From Callorhinchus milii (lineage: Eukaryota): 64,000 nucleotides of DNA. Made by a program: the position numbers and the translations under genes. The stretch lies in assembly GCF_018977255.1 (NCBI RefSeq), contig NW_024704743.1, forward strand, positions 58,592,001 to 58,656,000, given 5' to 3'. A model generated the notes under the pieces. That model was not told the origin of the DNA and searched no databases. It worked only from the letters and a program-made list of their open reading frames with translations. The stretch's first letter is position 1. Every line of letters starts with the position of its first letter. This document shows positions 1 to 12,240 of this stretch, piece after piece.

Positions 1-930
1 ATGCATTATTTAATGATTATTATTATTATTGTTCCCCAGAATGGGTTACACCAGACATGAAAAACATACCGAGGGGAAGAAATAACAATTGTTTAAGAAA
101 GCTAAAACTTCTATTTGTCTTTCTTGAAAATTGCCACCTAAATTAATGGAAGTAAGATCCTTAACCTGTTCAAATGGGAATTTCTCTACTCAAAACTGTC
201 AGTGTATTAAAGGGTTTGGTGAAAGATCAAGCATTGGGATTAAAACATCTGTGAGGAGCTATTAAACCGGACTCAGTGTGCTTCATGGCCTCTTCCTACT
301 TTTGAACTATAGCAAAACCAAAATATTCAAACACTGGATTTATCCACAGTAGTGTTAAAATAATGCAGTAAATTATGGTATGGATGTCTGATACAAAACA
401 ATGCCTTCAAAAAATGATGAAATGACTAAGTGATTGCAAAAATAATTAACAGTGTTAAGTTACAATTACTGCTAAGCACTCTCACAAGCATATTAATGAA
501 ATGTGATTTCTTATAAGGCAACAAAAATGTTTACAGCTAAGAAAGAACTACCATGCTATAAAGCAATGTTTTGCCTGAGGGGAAAAGATATAACATTAGC
601 AGGTAAAAGAGTGGATTCAATGGTTCACCTTCTGCAAGAGATACCTGACACAGGTTCATATTAGTATTACATCATACAAAGCGATGGTCTATTATTTCAT
701 ACGTGACGTTATATGCTCTCACAGATATTAATCACGCTGAAATAATAATTTGTACTGAAATTTCACATACAGTAAAGTATTTTGTATAATTACTTTGTAT
801 TGTAATTTATTGTGAAAGCTCAGAATCATTGCATTCCAGTACACTGCTCCAGGTGTATAATATGCTTTGCAATAATAAAAATGCATCTTTCAGAACATAT
901 AATAAGAAGAATCCTTGCATCTGGTATTAT

Positions 931-1342
931 GTCATTCACGGCCTTGCTCCCTCCTACCTCTCCGACCTACTATCCCCCTACTTACCTGCCCGTACCCTCC
1001 GTTCCTCTGGCTCCGGTCTGCTCCACATCCCCCACCCTAACCGCCCTACCATCGGTGGTCGGGCCTTCAGCCTCTCAGCCCAGAGGCTCTGGAACTCCAT
1101 CCCCCAGTGCCTTCACCTCGCTTCCTCCCTTTCCTCCTTCAAGGCCGGTCTCAAGACCTTTCTCTTCAACCGTGCCTTCATCTCCCCTCTCGACTCTCTA
1201 TCCCCTTCTCGCTCCCTCCCTTCCCTCCCCTCACCCTGACCATTTCCCCCCTGCTCGGGTCCCAACCCAACTGTCCAGCACCTTGGGACGTCCTCCCGAC
1301 GTGAAAGGCGCTCAATAAATGCAATCTTGTTGTTGTTGTTGT
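931..1342 (+). mobile_element. L2-clade LINE, 5'-truncated 3' fragment
   Basis: ORF 829..1239 encodes [29 protein letters not shown]...GGRAFS...LWNSIP (L2 ORF2 C-terminus); ends gggacgtcctcccgacgtgaaaggcgc...(ttg)n. Confidence 0.9.
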
Positions 1343-1384
1343 ATGTCATGTCACATCATTGTACTTTTCATTATGAAAAGTAAG

Positions 1385-2331
1385 CGGGGTCTCCTGGAGC
1401 TGAGCTGTCTCCAAGCTGATATGTTTGACAACAGAATGTCAGAACTGAGTCCACCCTCTGAGGTGGCCTTGATAGTCTAGAACCTGTGCCAGGCAGGTCG
1501 GCAGTATTCTAGGGCAGTGCTGATGACAGCACAGTCAGCCTGGCTCATCGACAGATACCTGGAAAGGCAGACTGGGAGCAGGGAATCTTACCACTCAGCT
1601 CCCTTAAACCTGCAAGCCAGGCCATGCCCTCAATGGCAAGCTATGCGCTTTTAGCCGGCTAGACTCCAGCAGCACCTCAACGCACACTCTGGGGTCCTCA
1701 TGTTTTGACTCTTGTCAACCTTCACCTAATACCTATCAGGAAAGGCTGATCATGCTTGGACTCTTCTTTTGAAAAGAGGAGGGTAAAGGGTGATAGAGGT
1801 CTTTAAAATTATGAAAGGCTTTGATAGGATAGACATAGGGAACATGTTTCCATTTGTGGGGGAGACCAAAACCAGGGACATCAATATAAAATAGTCACAA
1901 ATAGATCAAATAGGGAAGTTAGAAGAATCTTCTTTACACAGAGAGTAGTGTGAATGTGGAACATGCTACCATGAGGAGTTGTTGAGGCAAATAGCATAGA
2001 TATATTTAAGGGAAAGCTAGATAGGTACATGAGGGAGAAAGGAATAGAAGGTTATGCTTGAATGTTTAGTTGAGGAAGAGCAGCAGGAGGCTCATGTGGG
2101 GCATAAACATCGGCATAGACCAGTTGGGCCAAATGGCCTGTTTCTGTGCTGTATATTCTAATGTATTCTAATGCTTACCATAATTAGGTAAGCAGGATAC
2201 ATCCCTTCAGGGAGTGAGTGCTTATTCCATTCCAACAATCCATTCCATGTGTAGGTGGGATTCTCTGTTTCCTTTAGATATTCTTAAACATGGTGATGTG
2301 TCAGACACCCAGCTGACCAAAAAAAAACTGG
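1385..2331 (+). repeat. Unclassified interspersed repeat, copy A (split by a CR1 at ~1735-2173)
   Basis: Colinear similarity to 19340-19900 (+) and 15131-15645 (-); ends gtcagacacccagctgaccaaaaaaaaactgg. Confidence 0.65.
1735..2173 (+). mobile_element. CR1 LINE 3' fragment
   Basis: Typical CR1 3' motifs (gaggtctttaaaattatgaaagg, ttctttacacagagagtagtg, gggccaaatggcctgtttctgtgctgtatattcta) and a short tandem tail. Confidence 0.85.
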
Positions 2332-2332
2332 C

Positions 2333-3096
2333 CTTACTAAGCCAATCCGAAACCTTGGCGTCTTGTTTGACACTCAACTATCCTTTCTACCCTACATCCA
2401 TGCTATGACCCGCTCTGCCTTGCCTCACCTCCGCAACATCGCCTGGCTCCACCACTGTCTCACACTGCAGTCCGCCGAAACCCTCATACACACATCCATT
2501 ACATCGAGGCTTGACTATGCAAAACTCCTTGCTTGTCACTCTCCCCAGGTCCTCCCTCCATAAGCTGCAGATCATCCAGAACTATGCAGGACGTGCCCTC
2601 TCCCGCACTAGGCTCCATGACTCCATCACCCCCATCCTCGCCCGACTTCACTGGCTTCCTATCACACAGAGGATACAGTTCAAGATCTTGGTCCTCACCT
2701 TCAAACCTCTCCGTGGTCTTGCTCCCCACAACATCTGGGACCTCCTAATCCCCTACCATCCTGCCCGCTCCCTCCGCTCAGCGGGCTCTGGCCTGCTTCA
2801 CATCCCCCACCACGCCCACGCCACTGTTGGAGGACGAGCCTTCTGCCACTCTGGCCCCACCCTCTGGAACTCCATCCCACAGTCCCTCCACCTCGTCCCC
2901 TCCCTTGCCACCTTTAAGACCCATCTCAAGACCCTCCTTTTCGACCATGCTTTCGATCACCCTGCTTCACTCCCTGCCCTCCACTCACCTCGACCCCAAC
3001 CTCCAGCTCAGGTCCAAAACTCTGACTGTCCAGTGCCTTGTGACGTCCTTCCGACGTGAAAGGGGCTATACAAATGTAATTTTGTTGTTGTTGCTG
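2333..3096 (+). mobile_element. L2-clade LINE 3' fragment
   Basis: ORFs 2363..2563 and 2511..3059: [43 protein letters not shown]; (ttg)n tail. Confidence 0.92.
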
Positions 3097-3847
3097 ATAA
3101 GTGATTGCAAAAAGAATTAACATTTCTTAAATGTCTTACATAAGGCATGCTACTCAGCATATAACAGATTCCATTACATAGAATTACATGAAACATCACA
3201 GAAACAGGGCAACAAGGTGTTCATAATCCATGTGAGCCTCCGTGCCTACTAATTCCCTCTCCCATTACCCTCTATTGCCTTCTCCATCATCTATGTTCTT
3301 CCTCTTTAATTCTACAGAGTGTTTTAGTGTGTTGTAATTTATTGTGAAGTATGCCCAAATTATAATAAATCACGAAATATAACAGTCTACTACATAAGTC
3401 ATGAAACGTCAGCTTCCAAAATTTTGGTGCTTTTTTTCCTTGTCCAGAGAAGAAATGTGTTAGCTGTATTGATGTGAATTGTTTTTGAGAATCTTAGTTA
3501 CACGGCGATGAATCTTATGCATGGATAAAGAATCAAATTGAAAAGCCTTGGGAAACAATTACATGGTTTGAGTGTCTTTAATAAATTAGATTTACTTTTT
3601 CACAGTGTCTTGATCATCAAAACCACTGAAATGCTGTAGGCTCTCGTTTGGAAACAACCTTTATTCTGCATTGACACTAAGGTTGCTTTTTCTTTATTAA
3701 TAGGTTATTTAATTTAGTAATATAGATAGCACTGGTGGGAAATATTGGTTAATTTATTTCACAAGTTGAGTTGGCATAATTCATTGCTAGAAATGTTAAA
3801 GTATCTACGTCTCTGACTTATCCTTGAGTCCAGTTCCACTGTTACCT

Positions 3848-4000
3848 GAAGTCCTGTAGCTTAGTGGTTAGAGCACTTGCCTAGCAAGCGAGAGGACCTG
3901 GGTTCGATTCCTGGGCAGGGTGAAACGTTGGGCAAGTTTCCTTACTCCACACACCTGTTTACCTAGCAATAACTAGGAACCCAGTTGTTAGTTGATTGGC
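3848..4000 (+). mobile_element. SINE family 1, 5' part (tRNA-Ala-like head plus body)
   Basis: gtcctgtagcttagtggttagagc (A box) ... gggttcgattcc (B box), followed by the body shared with 12526-12921. Confidence 0.85.
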
Positions 4001-4988
4001 AATGCATTCCACATCCTATGTAGCCTGTGTAAAAAAAAATTCCAATTTCCCCCTTTGCTCCTTTGCTAATTTTCTTAAATTGATGCCTCCAGGCACTGAT
4101 TCACCAACTAGTGGAAATCATTTCTCTCTACCTGCTTAAATAAAACTCATAATTTTAAAGACCTCTATCAAGTTTTCCTTCAAATTTATCTAATGAAAAC
4201 TGGCCCAATTCCCTTGTCTCCAAGCTCTAATAAGGTGGGGAAAATAAAATATCACAAGAATAATACTTGCATTTGATACAGTGGCAAAACATCAAAATGT
4301 ACTTCACAGGTAATTGTCAAGTGCAGTTTATTGGTAACCAAATCAATCTGAGTGTGTCTCTAAAATGGCCTCTCCAGGACTCACACTGTTATCACTGATC
4401 GAGAGCAGGAGGAAGAGGAAGCTAATCACACTATCGACAAACTACCAGGGACAAGTTATTGAGCTCAGGTCATATTATCTGAATGTTTTGATGTTGCAAT
4501 TCTGTGTCATTCTGTCGCAGTATACAACAACTTGCATTTCTATAGCGCCTTTCCTGTGGGTAGCATCTCGGAATGCTTAACATTGGTGAAGCTCGATAGC
4601 GCCAATACAGATTTTAGATTTGAAAATGAGATATGCGATAATTATTCTCATTGATGAAAATTGTTTTAAACCACTTAAACCACTTAATTATGACTGGTTT
4701 GTGTGTGAATACCCTCTTTCCCTCCTGACAGTGTCCTATCGATTTGGCCTGAGGGCAACCAAGACTTCCAAAGATGCACACAGAATGAACCATCTCAGTG
4801 GTGGTCAAGGTCACCACGCTTTTCATAGAGAGTTTCTGGGCCTGCGTTAGTCCCTCCAATTTCCAGCATTTCATCTGTGACCCAGCCCTCTATCTTTGAT
4901 TCCCTTATACAGGTTAATGACTGCACTTGCCCATCTTCCCTCCCTCCCTCCTTCCCTCCCTCTCCCCCCTTCCTATCGAAATGTGCCT

Positions 4989-5315
4989 AAAGTCCCGTAG
5001 CGTAGTGGTTGGTGCACTTGCCTTGCAGGTTTTGTGCAGGTTTCCTTGCGCCACATGCCTCTGTTTGCTTTCGTTGGGTGGGAGCCGGGTTGTTGGTCAA
5101 TTGGCGGATTGCTTTCCAGGGGTAATGGTCCCTCCAAAAAAAATTATAACAATAATAATGTGGCCACTACTGTTTGTGGAACACTGTTGTGCGCAATTGG
5201 CTGCTGTGTTTTGCCCACAAACTATACAGTCAATTCACTTTACAGTATATTCTGTGAAGCGCTTTGAGACATCTCGAAGACGTGATAAGGCGTTATATCA
5301 AATGCAAGAATTATT
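4989..5315 (+). mobile_element. SINE family 1, near full length, B box deleted
   Basis: tRNA-like head, ctgtttgtggaacactgttgtgcgcaattggctgc core, L2-type 3' end; tail interrupted by a CR1. Confidence 0.85.
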
Positions 5316-6056
5316 TTCTAGAGGGGGAGAGATTAGATAGTGTTAGTGTGCAGAGGGATTCGGGTGTCTTTGTACACCAGTCTCAAAAAGTTAGTTTGCA
5401 GGTGCAGAAAGCAACTAAGAAGGCAAACGGCATGTTAGCGTTCATTGCAAAAGGTTTAGAGTACAAGAGTAGGGAAGTCTTGCTGCAACTGTATAGGGCC
5501 TTGGTGAGACCGCACCTAGAGTATTGTGTACAGTTTTGGTCTCCGTATTTAAAAAAGGACATACTTGCCCTAGAGGGGTGCAGTGTAGATTCACTAGGTT
5601 AGTTCCTGGGATGAGGATAGGCTGAATAAACTAGGGCTATATTCTCTAGAGTACAGAAGAATTAGGGGAGATCTTATTGAAACGTATAAGATTCTTAAAG
5701 GGCTGGATAAAGTAGACACTGAGGGTCTGTTTCCCCTGGTAGGAGAATCTATAACCGGAGGTCACAGTCTTAAAATTAAGGTCCAGCCTTTTAGAACAGA
5801 GTTGAGGAAACATTTCTTCACTCAGAGGGTAGTGAATGTATGGAATTCACTACCCCAGAAGGCTGTAGATGCTCAGTCCTTGAACATTCTTCAAGGCTGA
5901 GACTGATAGATATTAAAAAAACAGAGGGATTAGGGGATAGGGCAGGTAATTAGAGTTAGGTCTGAAGATCAGCCATGATCTTATCGAATGGCGGGGTAGG
6001 CTCGAGGGGCCGAATGGCCTACTCCTGCTCCTAATTCTTATGTTCTTATGTTCTTA
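5312..6056 (+). mobile_element. CR1 LINE 3' fragment (relatively young)
   Basis: ORF 5264..5602: KKANGMLAFIAKGLEYKSREVLLQLYRALVRPHLEYCVQFWSPYLKKDI (CR1 ORF2 C-terminus); (ttcttatg)n tail. Confidence 0.93.
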
Positions 6057-6610
6057 TTATTATTAGAATAAAGAGATCATTGTATTAATTTCTCCATGAC
6101 CCTGCAGTAAGTCTAACCTGAATCTTCTGCTTACTACAGACTCTCCTAATGTCCTGGGAACAATTGACAGCATGTGCTGTCATCAAATAAAAATGTCTTC
6201 TGGAATTCCGAAATCGTTTCATTCAATTAATCTGCAGTTGGAGTTTGATGCCAAGTGCAGGATTACTGTCCTGTTTGCCAAGCTCCCAGGGTCATGTACT
6301 GGCTCATATATTTTAGTTAACTCAGGACAACAGAGAAATTTGAGAATGAAGGATTCTCTGGAGACTATCTGGTAAATGAAGCACTATTCTAATTTTCTGC
6401 CTGAAAAGGGTTGTTTTAGGGTTATCTTTCAAACAGCTGATGTGTCCTCCATTTAGCTTTATTTTCTACCTCTATTTTCTCCAAAGGACCATCGGTTGCA
6501 GATTGACATGGATTAGGACGCCAGTTTCAAATCCTCAAACATCAATTTAACAGTATAAGAAAGATATCACACTTTAAGAAGGATATAGTAGCATGGGTTT
6601 AATAGGATAT

Positions 6611-6800
6611 TATTAATAATAATAATCTTTGCATTTTATATAGCACCTTATCATGTCTTTGAGATGTCTCAAAGCGCTTCACAGGATATACTGTAAAGTG
6701 TAGTCACTGTATATTTTGTGAATGAAACGCTGCAGCCAACTGCGCACAGTAGTGTCCCACAAAGAGTTGTGGATTGAGTGACCAAATTATTATTATTATT
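6611..6800 (-). mobile_element. SINE 3' half
   Basis: Reverse complement of the shared SINE core and tail (aataataatctttgcatt...cagccaactgcgcacagtagtgtcccacaaa). Confidence 0.85.
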
Positions 6801-7337
6801 TTGATTATTTATATGAAGGAGGGTTGAATAACAATCCTGCAATTCACCGCTGTACTTCACATAAGAGATTTGGCTGAATGAAAAGGGCACTTCGGATCTC
6901 ATCCATCCAGAATAGCCACCCTACCTTCCTCTATCAAGGATGATACCAGGGCTGGCAGGTAATTGCTATAAGGATAGACTGGATAAGGTAAGTTTTGCTC
7001 AACAAAAGACATTTAAGAGAGGATATAAGAGAGGGGTTTAAAATTATAAAAGGGTTCAATAAGGTTAGCATTGATAGGTTGTTTCCACTGTTTGAAGAAT
7101 TTCTAACCAGATATAAGATAGTGACTGGGGAACTAAAAGAGAATTTAGAAGGAATTACTTCACACAGAGGACAGTGTGAATGTGGAACTCGCTGCGTGAA
7201 GTGATGGTTGAATCAGGGATTCAAGAGGGAAAGAGGGAACGTGGCTTTCACATGAGGGAGAGGGGAATAGAAGGATTTGGGAGGCAGTAAGGAGTGGGTG
7301 GAAACTCATGGATTACAAACACTGGCACAGACTGGTT

Positions 7338-7915
7338 GATTCTTCTGGCAGAACGAGGGGACGGTGAGGGCCTGCCTCAGGCTTGCACACACTAGGATCA
7401 GGGATTATATACTGAGGAACAAACTGAAGCTCAGCTCAACCTCAGCAAAGGTCAGATGGAGCCTGACCCCGGCAGGAGCTACTCCTGTGCAAACTGCTCA
7501 GACGTGCCCACCGGGTAGCCCACAAGCTCACCCAAAACTATGACTAAAATAAACATGAGGATAACCATATAAATGTGCAGAAAGATCCTCAAGATGTAAA
7601 TAAATGAACTTCCCAAAAATGTATGTACAGTAAACATGTGGGCGCACGGTGCACATCTGGACACCTTCCAAAAGCGGCAAGTGCGCCTTATCAGGGTGTA
7701 TACAGGCGTGCACATGGATGTGGTGCACACAAGGGGCGACTCCCAACTGTTTTAAAGGGAACGTCCCAAAAAAACCTGTGCACAACCTGTGTGCGGTGAA
7801 GGAATGTAACATAAAGATCGGGAGAAAGAGAAAAATGTAACAGATGATGTTGTACATTGTGTTTTGTTTTGGATTTCTGTTGTACCAAATATATTAATAA
7901 TTTTTTTAAAAAATA
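7338..7915 (+). mobile_element. 5'-truncated L1/Tx1-like non-LTR retrotransposon with 13-bp TSD
   Basis: TSD gcacagactggtt (7325-7337) / gcacggactggtt (7916-7928); frame 7340-7543 reads FFWQNEGTVRACLRLAHTRIRDYILRNKLKLSSTSAKVRW..., resembling Tx1-type ORF2 C-termini; A-rich end. Confidence 0.72.
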
Positions 7916-9021
7916 GCACGGACTGGTTAGGCTCAATGGCCTGTTTCTGTGTTATATATTCTTTGTAAATCTTTATAAAACAGGGATAACATTTGATGCA
8001 TTATTCTATTCAGTCTGTGATTTAGATGTCTTTTGGCATATTGATGGCAATAATCCTTTCATTTGATATAAGACATTTTCACGTTGATCAAAAATCTCAA
8101 AGCACTTTACAGGATGTAATGTAAAATGTATTGTATTTACACATCTTTTAAAAAGTCTTCAAAGTTTTCACATTAAGTTGCATTCTATACAATATTATTT
8201 CAACCTGGGACAGAGGCACAGATTGACCAAAACAACAATAAATCAATTGGATAATAATCAGCATTACTGAGATTTTTATGTTTATAGATGGCAACATATT
8301 TTTAGACTTACTTAGTAGTGATTCAGTTATTTCTTACCATTTGTAATAAATACACCTCTACTTAATTTGTGGTCAAACATTTCCTTGAATCTCTATTTGC
8401 TGCAGGAATTCCTAACATATTGTTGGAATAAAAGCCATTCTAATACTAGTTGAAAATAAAATCTTTATTTTACATCTGTCCATGCATTTTGTCTGACAAA
8501 GTTATTTTTACCCCGAGAATTTAGAAACAGGTGGGATGAAAAATCTGAACCAGGATATGATACTATCACATTTTTACCCAGGTAATATAAAACAAAGATG
8601 AAGTTTTCTTTGTACCTTAAAAAGTACGAGATTTAAAAAAACATCTTCTCATAAAATAAGAAGCAAATGCAAAAAATTCAGTTGCTAATTTTCAGTGATA
8701 TTTCTATTATCTCAGCAGCATGTCTTCAAGTTAGAATGCAGTCCTTTGGAGAGTTGCTGCATCCTGGCTAAAGACTTTATTGGGTTTGAGGGAGGGAGGT
8801 ATTGTGTCAAGCTCTCAAGATCCAATATTTCCTCGTATTTTTCTGCCTAATTGCCATGAAGATATTTTGTGATCTGGTGCAGATTTTCCTTATAACTCTT
8901 CGGCTATATGAAAATCTAGATTATTTTTATTTTAAAAACTGTACATTTTATCATGAACAAAGTGAGCAATTTCCAAAAATTTTAGGAAAAGGAACATTTC
9001 TCATTTTAGATATGCTGCGCC

Positions 9022-9400
9022 ACAGTCAAAAGACTCCAAGGTCAGGTGTAGCATACTCAGTGAAGGTATGCTATACAACGTCAGGTGTTAGTACCCAGTG
9101 AAGCTCCCTGCACTCTACCCAATAGTGTTCCTCAACTCCAACCTCTACTGTATCAGTCTAACCTTTTCCAAGCCCCACAACAACTAATCCTCTCAACTTT
9201 CTGAGTGCAGTTACTAGTTTATTTCTAAATTAAGAGCAGTTTTGTCCTGTAAGCCCACACACACTAGGAACTGGGCTGAGACTGTCTGAACACTTTGCAC
9301 ATAGGATGCTTAAGGTCATTAGGCATAGGAGACATTTATTCGATCAGTCCAGCCTGAAATTGAGCACAGGGATGAAAGGTCAGTGTGCACCTCAGCTGTT
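9022..9400 (-). mobile_element. LF-SINE-like ancient SINE
   Basis: Minus strand has, in order, cctttcatccct...ttcaggc, cctatgtgcaaag, gtctcagcccagttcctagtg (9262-9282), ggagttgaggaacac...gggagcttcactg; these match the recalled LF-SINE motifs and their order. Confidence 0.55.
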
Positions 9401-10164
9401 ATCTGGTAAAGATACCAAAGAGTTGCCAGCACTCTTGGTAGCAGAACTGACCCTCGGTGAATGGCTCAGGCAGGGTGGTGAGGGGGGAGATTAATCAAGT
9501 GAGTTTATGGAATAAAGTGAAAGTTAGCAAATTTGAAATTGACAGCAAAAAAAGGCTATATTAAATCAAAGAATGAATGAGACACACAAACATGTTGGAA
9601 TAAATGATTGGGCCAACTATTAAACCCTTTAAAAGGTAGATTTTATTTGACCTCTGCTTGATGTTTAAAGTAACCATTTTTGTTGAGTGAAAAGTTAATT
9701 AAAGTGAGTTCAACAAAAGTCCCCTTCACCATGCAGCAATTAAGCTTTCAGACGTCTCTCCACCAGTGGAGCAAAGACTAATAAATGTAAATCTGAGGTT
9801 GTGTTTGACACTTGTAACTCATGGTGATATGAGGTCAGGCAGTGTCACAGAAATCACTTCCAGACTGAATATAAACAATCTCAAATAAGTCTCCAGCGTG
9901 GGCCTCTGATGTGTGCTATAAATAACTATCGATACATTTTTACATGCCGCCTCAGGCAGGCTCAGCAACGAAAAAGTTTGCAGCACTTTAAGGTGTGATA
10001 AAACAGTATTAACTTATCTTATCAACTTCATGTAAAAAAAATCCCATAGAAATTTAAAAAATTCAAAAATAATTGATTTAACCTTAGGATACAATATTAA
10101 TGATGCAAACATTATCTTTTCTAAATATATATCCTATCGTTCAGTTATCTTAGTTCTCGGTGAA

Positions 10165-10294
10165 ATATTTTTCCCACAAAATATACAGTCAATTCTCTTA
10201 GCTGTATATTCTGTAAAGCACTTTGAGACATCTCAACAACGCAATAAGGCGTTATAGCAAATGCAAGGACTACTATTATTATTACTATTATTAT
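10165..10294 (+). mobile_element. SINE 3' fragment
   Basis: cccacaaaatatacagtcaatt...gcactttgagacatctc...aatgcaagga(tta)n. Confidence 0.85.
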
Positions 10295-11129
10295 ATCAAG
10301 CTAGTGGGGAAACAACTCCAAGCCCCAAATTTCACCTACTACAAAATAAAAACAATAAAAACTTGTATTTATGTAGCGCCCTTCATGCAGGATAGGGTCT
10401 CAGAACACTGTAAAATAACAAAAGCTATTTCAATTGTAAATCCACAGTTTAGCCTTCAGACTATTGTTTCAAAATTTAAGATTATGCAGGATTTCAGGAG
10501 AACAAATCTTAAATTCTTAACAGGAATTGCAGAAAAAGCTTCCAAATGAAGAATTGTCCATAATTCTATGTGACTTTAAATATTAAGATTGAGATCTTAA
10601 GGCTAAGACTATGAAAAACCTTAGGCTGTAGATTGTCACTTGAAGAGCACAGAGAAAAATAATAATATTCCTTGCATTTGATATTGCGCCTTATCACATG
10701 GTTGAAGTGTCTCAAAGCTCTTCACAGGATTTGCTGTTGAGCGAAATGACTGCATTTATAGGCAAACTTCAGCAAGGAAGGGATGGGGAATTGCAGCATA
10801 GCATTAAAAGGCTTTTGAGAAGTAGTTAGTCTAAGATGTACTTATACTCCATGGGTATTTCAGTTTTAACTTATTTTGTTCCTTCTCTCCAAGCAGAATG
10901 TAAAGTAAATTCTGATTTATTACAGCAACACTTCCCTTCGAATTCAGTGGAAACAACAAATCTCCATACAAGTAAATTCCTGTTTGCTTGGTAAGAAAAA
11001 AACATCCCCTTTACAAGGACAAAAGGCTCCTGTGTATTTGTGATTTTAAAAAATGCCTCTGTGCAAACCAAGTGTACAACATGCATCCATCTGGTCTGCT
11101 AGATAAATAATGGCACTGTTACGATTTCT

Positions 11130-11540
11130 GAAATGATTCAGAAGCTTGATGCAAGATGAGTAATGCAAGATGGCTCATTATTACTAAGATGAAATGAAAA
11201 ATCTGCCTTGGGTGAGAAGCCTCTGTACAAGCTAAAAGAAATGTGAGGAAAAATATCAATATTCAATGTATGTTAGAAAGCTATGTGTTACCAATAATGG
11301 TATATCAATCTGAATCTTGGAATTCTCCCCAGGGGAAAGAAAGGACAATGAATGCTTTCACTATTATTGACATGACGAACGACTATGAAGAGCCTGAAAC
11401 AGAAAAGTCACAAAGAGAGCTAATTGTACTGCAGTCTTTTTTAACAATGATTCAGTGCTGCAGACAGAGGTAATTTAGCCATTCAGTGCTGCAGAGAAAC
11501 ATCAGCAAAATAAGAGCAAACAGGAAGCCTGAAGAACTTC
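11130..11540 (+). mobile_element. Highly decayed RTE-clade LINE fragment
   Basis: ORF 11243..11473 RKNINIQCMLESYVLPIMVYQSESWN resembles the RTE ORF2 motif (YVxPxLxYGxExW). Confidence 0.5.
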
Positions 11541-12240
11541 CTGCTATTCATTTAAAAAATACATAATTCAAGAAATATCTAGAAATGGGGCACAATTTCC
11601 ATTGTCTGTCATCTGGTTTGCAGACCCCAGTTTAGTGCCAGTTTGACAGATGCTCTAGGCACACTCTGAGCCATTAACAAGGCACTTATGCAAGCTGAAG
11701 GGAAGAGCCACTCAGACACATTGTTAGTGCCTCAGATTTACCCTGATTGATTTCATAGCCTGACAGTTTACCAAAGCCATCTATCAGCTGAAGCAGTTGC
11801 TGTGCTGATGAGCCAGCACAGATAGACTGATAATAAGAAAACTGTCCTCTCTAACTGTACATCCACCTGTAATTCACTTATATTGGTTCTCAGCTGGATG
11901 GAGTGTTTTTAACTAGAAGGGGAAAGTACCACATTATCGTCATTGCTGTCCTTCATTGCCCTCAAAATTCCACTCTCCTATTTGCTTGAAAAGACTTGAA
12001 CACACATTGAAGGTAGGAGTTCACAGCTGACAATTGGGCTGAAATTACAGTGGCCGTTATGAATACCAGCATTGACTCTGTCTGCGACAAACTGAATTTC
12101 ATTCATAATCTGTCACAAGAAGACAACAGTTTGGGGACCACATCAGACCACACTCTATCAAAGTCGGAGGAATCTCAAATCGCAGCTGTGTCCACACTCC
12201 GAGGGAGTGAGGATAAAGTGGAGAGCTCTTGATTCCACAG

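Larger units (their letters stand above)
6568..7975 (+). mobile_element. Old CR1 LINE 3' fragment, interrupted by a SINE (6611-6800) and a Tx1-like insert (7338-7915)
   Basis: cacactttaagaaggatatag, gatgataccagggct, tttaaaattataaaagg, and 3' end gctcaatggcctgtttctgtg resuming after 7928. Confidence 0.75.

Noticed and set aside
3848..3925. tRNA-like sequences (also at 12526, 30322, 47013 and 53080-53153) with Ala-type anticodon loops
   Set aside because: Each runs directly into SINE body sequence, has an imperfect acceptor stem, and the anticodon position varies between copies (agc, cgc, tgc, cac); these are SINE heads, not tRNA genes
7649..7840. Cys-rich 63-aa ORF resembling a zinc finger or toxin
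   Set aside because: Lies in the 3' UTR of the Tx1-like insert; Cys spacing matches no motif I recognise
10897..10990. Plus-strand exon-like segment (pyrimidine tract + aagcag ... TTG|gtaag) with one open frame
   Set aside because: Peptide unrecognisable, opposite strand to the better candidate, no partner exons; such signals are common in AT-rich DNA
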